DNA from: Callorhinchus milii
Taxonomy: Eukaryota
NCBI RefSeq assembly: GCF_018977255.1
Contig: NW_024704758.1
Coordinates: forward strand, 13,888,001-13,952,000
DNA: 64,000 nucleotides
Reading direction: 5' to 3'
Below, in pieces: positions 61,101 through 64,000 of the stretch (its first letter is position 1; each line of letters begins with the position of its first letter). Both the position numbers and the translations under genes were made by a program. Under the pieces are notes generated by a model. It saw nothing but the letters and a program-made list of their open reading frames with translations. It ran no database searches and had not been told where the DNA came from.

Positions 61101-62782
61101 CTCACACGTGTTCAGCTTCACAACACCTTCACAATAGCCTACACAATTTCAATTCAGACGCTTTATTTTGCTCGTACTGTATTAACCTTTTAGCTATCTC
61201 ACCGGGTGACTCAGTTGGGTAGAAATTTTCTATCATTGACTTTGAATGGAGGAAGCATTTCTACCAGCTCCGAAGTTGTTCACTTGCTCAGTGTAACAGT
61301 AGATCAGAGTGTGCTTTCAGCCTCTCCTCACTCGGGAAGTTGAAGTGTGGCAGCGCATGAGAAAAATGGCAGTAATAAATATAGCCATCACTTTAAGGCA
61401 GGGATGAGCACACAGTAATTGAATTAATACGTACCACAAATCGATTGTTTAATCTTATTGTAGCTTCATTTTTGCTTTGTTTTGTGAGTTTTTGTGCCTT
61501 TGAAGCTTGCTGTGTTTTTAAACACAAAAATATTTGGTGATTGGAGACAACAGTTGGAACGTACATGTCAAGCAGTGGGGAATCGCTGTTTAAAATGCAA
61601 CATGAATTCAAGGGTTTTTTTACTGAATACATTTGTGTTTGAGTTATTGGAAAAGCCAGGGAGTTTTCAGACGGGAGATTGCAAACGTGATTTCATTAGG
61701 TGTGGTGTAAAATATATGGTGAAGGATATCACATTTGCTTTATTGGATTCATTAGAATGGCAATAAGGCGGTATGCCTGCTAGGAAGAGCTCTCACTACG
61801 TTGCAGTTAAGTCTCCTGTGGGATGACCATTTAAATTGAGGAATAAAACAGCAGTGTTAAAAAAAAATCATTACCCCCCAGAGCACCAAGGGAATGTATC
61901 TCTGTAATTTCCAGTTCTTCAGATTGGTTAAAATTCCTACAAATTCAATATGCAGCAAAACCAGTAATTTAATCTGTTCAAAAGTTCATGCCTCAAGTAT
62001 CTGGTGCGGAAAAAAAAAAATCTGAAAAAAAGCAAGGAGAATTAATCTTGATAATTTTAATTCAATTATGTCAGGAGCAATGAATCTTTCAGGCTACACG
62101 GTAACATTTCCAAGCTCCATCTCACCTGGGATTTTCAGTAGAAAATTACTTTTTTGTAATGCCATCAAAAATGGAAGGAAGAGAAAGTGCTATTTCATTT
62201 TGTAATATTGAAACTTTGAAAATAGCTGGGAGGCTGTGAAGGTGATTTATCTTTTGAAATGTATTGATACAATAAATTTTCAACTTCAAATGCTGCGGGC
62301 TGATCGAGGTTTACAGCCTATTATCGGGCCTTAACCTGCCACAAATGTATCTGGCGACTGAAGTGCAATCGAATTTAATATGAATCAAAGTTTTAAATGC
62401 TTTTGATTGATGGTACAGATGGGATTTTAATATTTAATAGTGCTACATTCATATCAGTGACTGTGGACACATGAAATATTCCAGAGAAATTAATTTAGTC
62501 ATTGAACTCCAAGTATTTTCACAGTCAACTACTGCGTTTTCTTTAAAGACAAAACATTCTTCCAATGGGCCATAAGGTGCTAAAATGCTGCATAAAAGCA
62601 AGAATCAGAACCCATAATTAAAAATGATTGCAGCGACTGCAATCGTATTTCCCATAAAATAAAGGTAGTGTTTCTTGCCCCCTCCCCCCCCATCACACAC
62701 ACGTTTGATTAATTCATTCTTTCCTTTTTAAAGACATTATATTCACCTAACATGAAAGCAGATAAACGACCGGCTCCCAGGC

Positions 62783-62813
62783 ATCTATCTATCTATCTAT
62801 CTATCTACCTATC
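62783..62813. repeat. (ATCT)n microsatellite
   Basis: ATCTATCTATCTATCTATCTATCTACCTATC. Confidence 0.95.
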
Positions 62814-64000
62814 GCTGCTCTTGAGCTAGTCCATGTCAATGCAAAATTCCAGCACCAACAATTCACCCTTTCATTTGTTTTCTCCTCTCCCCAAAACAAC
62901 CTCTACCGTACTTACAGTCACCTCCACCCTCCCTCTCTCCCCATCCGCCCTTCCCACCCCCGGCTCGGAGTCAGGCTCCACCAATGTTTAGCACTGAGAC
63001 ACTGCCCCGCGCTGGATAAAATCAAGCTGGTAGGAAAATACCTGGCCCATAAGGTGGGTTTACACACGGTTTGCATATGGTTTACCCAAAATGTATAATA
63101 ATCCCATATTTTCCCATGTTACAATAGTCCTGCCCGGCTTCAAAAGGAGCCAGTTCAACTCAGAGAGATCCTGCTGAGATCCTGCTTACATCCTCCCCCG
63201 CCCACCCACTCCTCACCCCCACCGCCACAGTATCTAACTTATTCACATTGATTGGGATATGTTCGAGCACATATTTCTGCAGTGGGACCCATTTTAAATT
63301 CAGCCATTAGCCACTGGCAGAGCGTTAAAGCAATTGTGAGATAAATCTACTTCAGATTGCATCTTTGCAGTTTTATGGCAGTCGAGGCTTGTGGAACAGA
63401 GATGATTGCTCAGAGCAGATATCTACCAGCCACCCCCAGAAGGTTCCCTGTGAACACTGAGCAATAAGCACACAGTCATCACAATTAGAAGAGGCAATTT
63501 TCGAACACAAAATTACATACTTACAACATACTTTTCACCCGAAATGTGTACTCAGTTACTCCAAGGGCAATTTTGCAGTGTAACATGCCATCATCTGCTA
63601 CCTAGGGTTTAGTTTTATTGATATATATATCATTTTTAGCTGCTTTTCTACTGACTCAATCCTTCAAGGACCCTTTCAGTCTCTGCTTCTATCAATATCT
63701 TTATTATCTCTTTGTTCGCATAACTGTCTTTATCTTTCTCTACACCTGTCTGATTCTTAAAATGCTACTCATTTTCCTCGCCTCTTTTTGAAGACGAGAC
63801 AAACTGGCTCGTTCTTATGGAAGCCGCCTTTGGATGTCTACTCAAACTGCCTAAAACTGCTAATAATGTTATGATACCTCCTAATAAAGCCATCCCTTAA
63901 TCGTCTTGCTCTTTTCCTTTCCCAATCCGTTTTTTCCCCCGAGTCCTAGCTTCAAGCAGAAAATTTGCTCAAGCCCACTGCTCTGAACATGAGTGGGAGA

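Noticed and set aside
1-64000. ORF-track ORFs as host protein-coding genes
   Set aside because: All are 162 aa or shorter. Those with recognisable motifs are LINE- or SINE-derived, and the rest show no domain I know and no consistent exon chain.
1-64000. CRISPR arrays, rRNA, or prokaryotic or viral gene systems
   Set aside because: No regularly spaced repeats, rRNA similarity or gene-dense segments; the recurring ~30-bp words are dispersed SINE and L2 tails.

Overview
About 40% GC vertebrate genomic DNA with no protein-coding exon that I can recognise, so it is probably a large intron or gene desert. The repeats point to a cartilaginous fish, most likely a chimaera (inference): tRNA-headed Deu-domain SINEs with LINE2-type tails, CR1 and L2 3' fragments, LF-SINE-like relics and short palindromic MITEs. 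The only ORFs with recognisable protein motifs are retrotransposon fossils (CR1 ORF2 C-terminus, L2 ORF2 C-terminus, one APE endonuclease domain). Repeat-free, TAAT-rich blocks between the repeats look like conserved non-coding enhancers. Main observations: (i) L2 tails inserted three times into the same short segment of a SINE, twice at the identical nucleotide; (ii) two LF-SINE-like relics, one abutting an enhancer-like block; (iii) an unclassified ~210-bp repeat present as two inverted copies 12.5 kb apart; (iv) a strongly signalled 132-nt exon candidate with stops in all frames; (v) a box C/D-like hairpin. Family names come from recalled consensus motifs, not database searches, and repeat boundaries are approximate. 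I cannot support a complete novel system.
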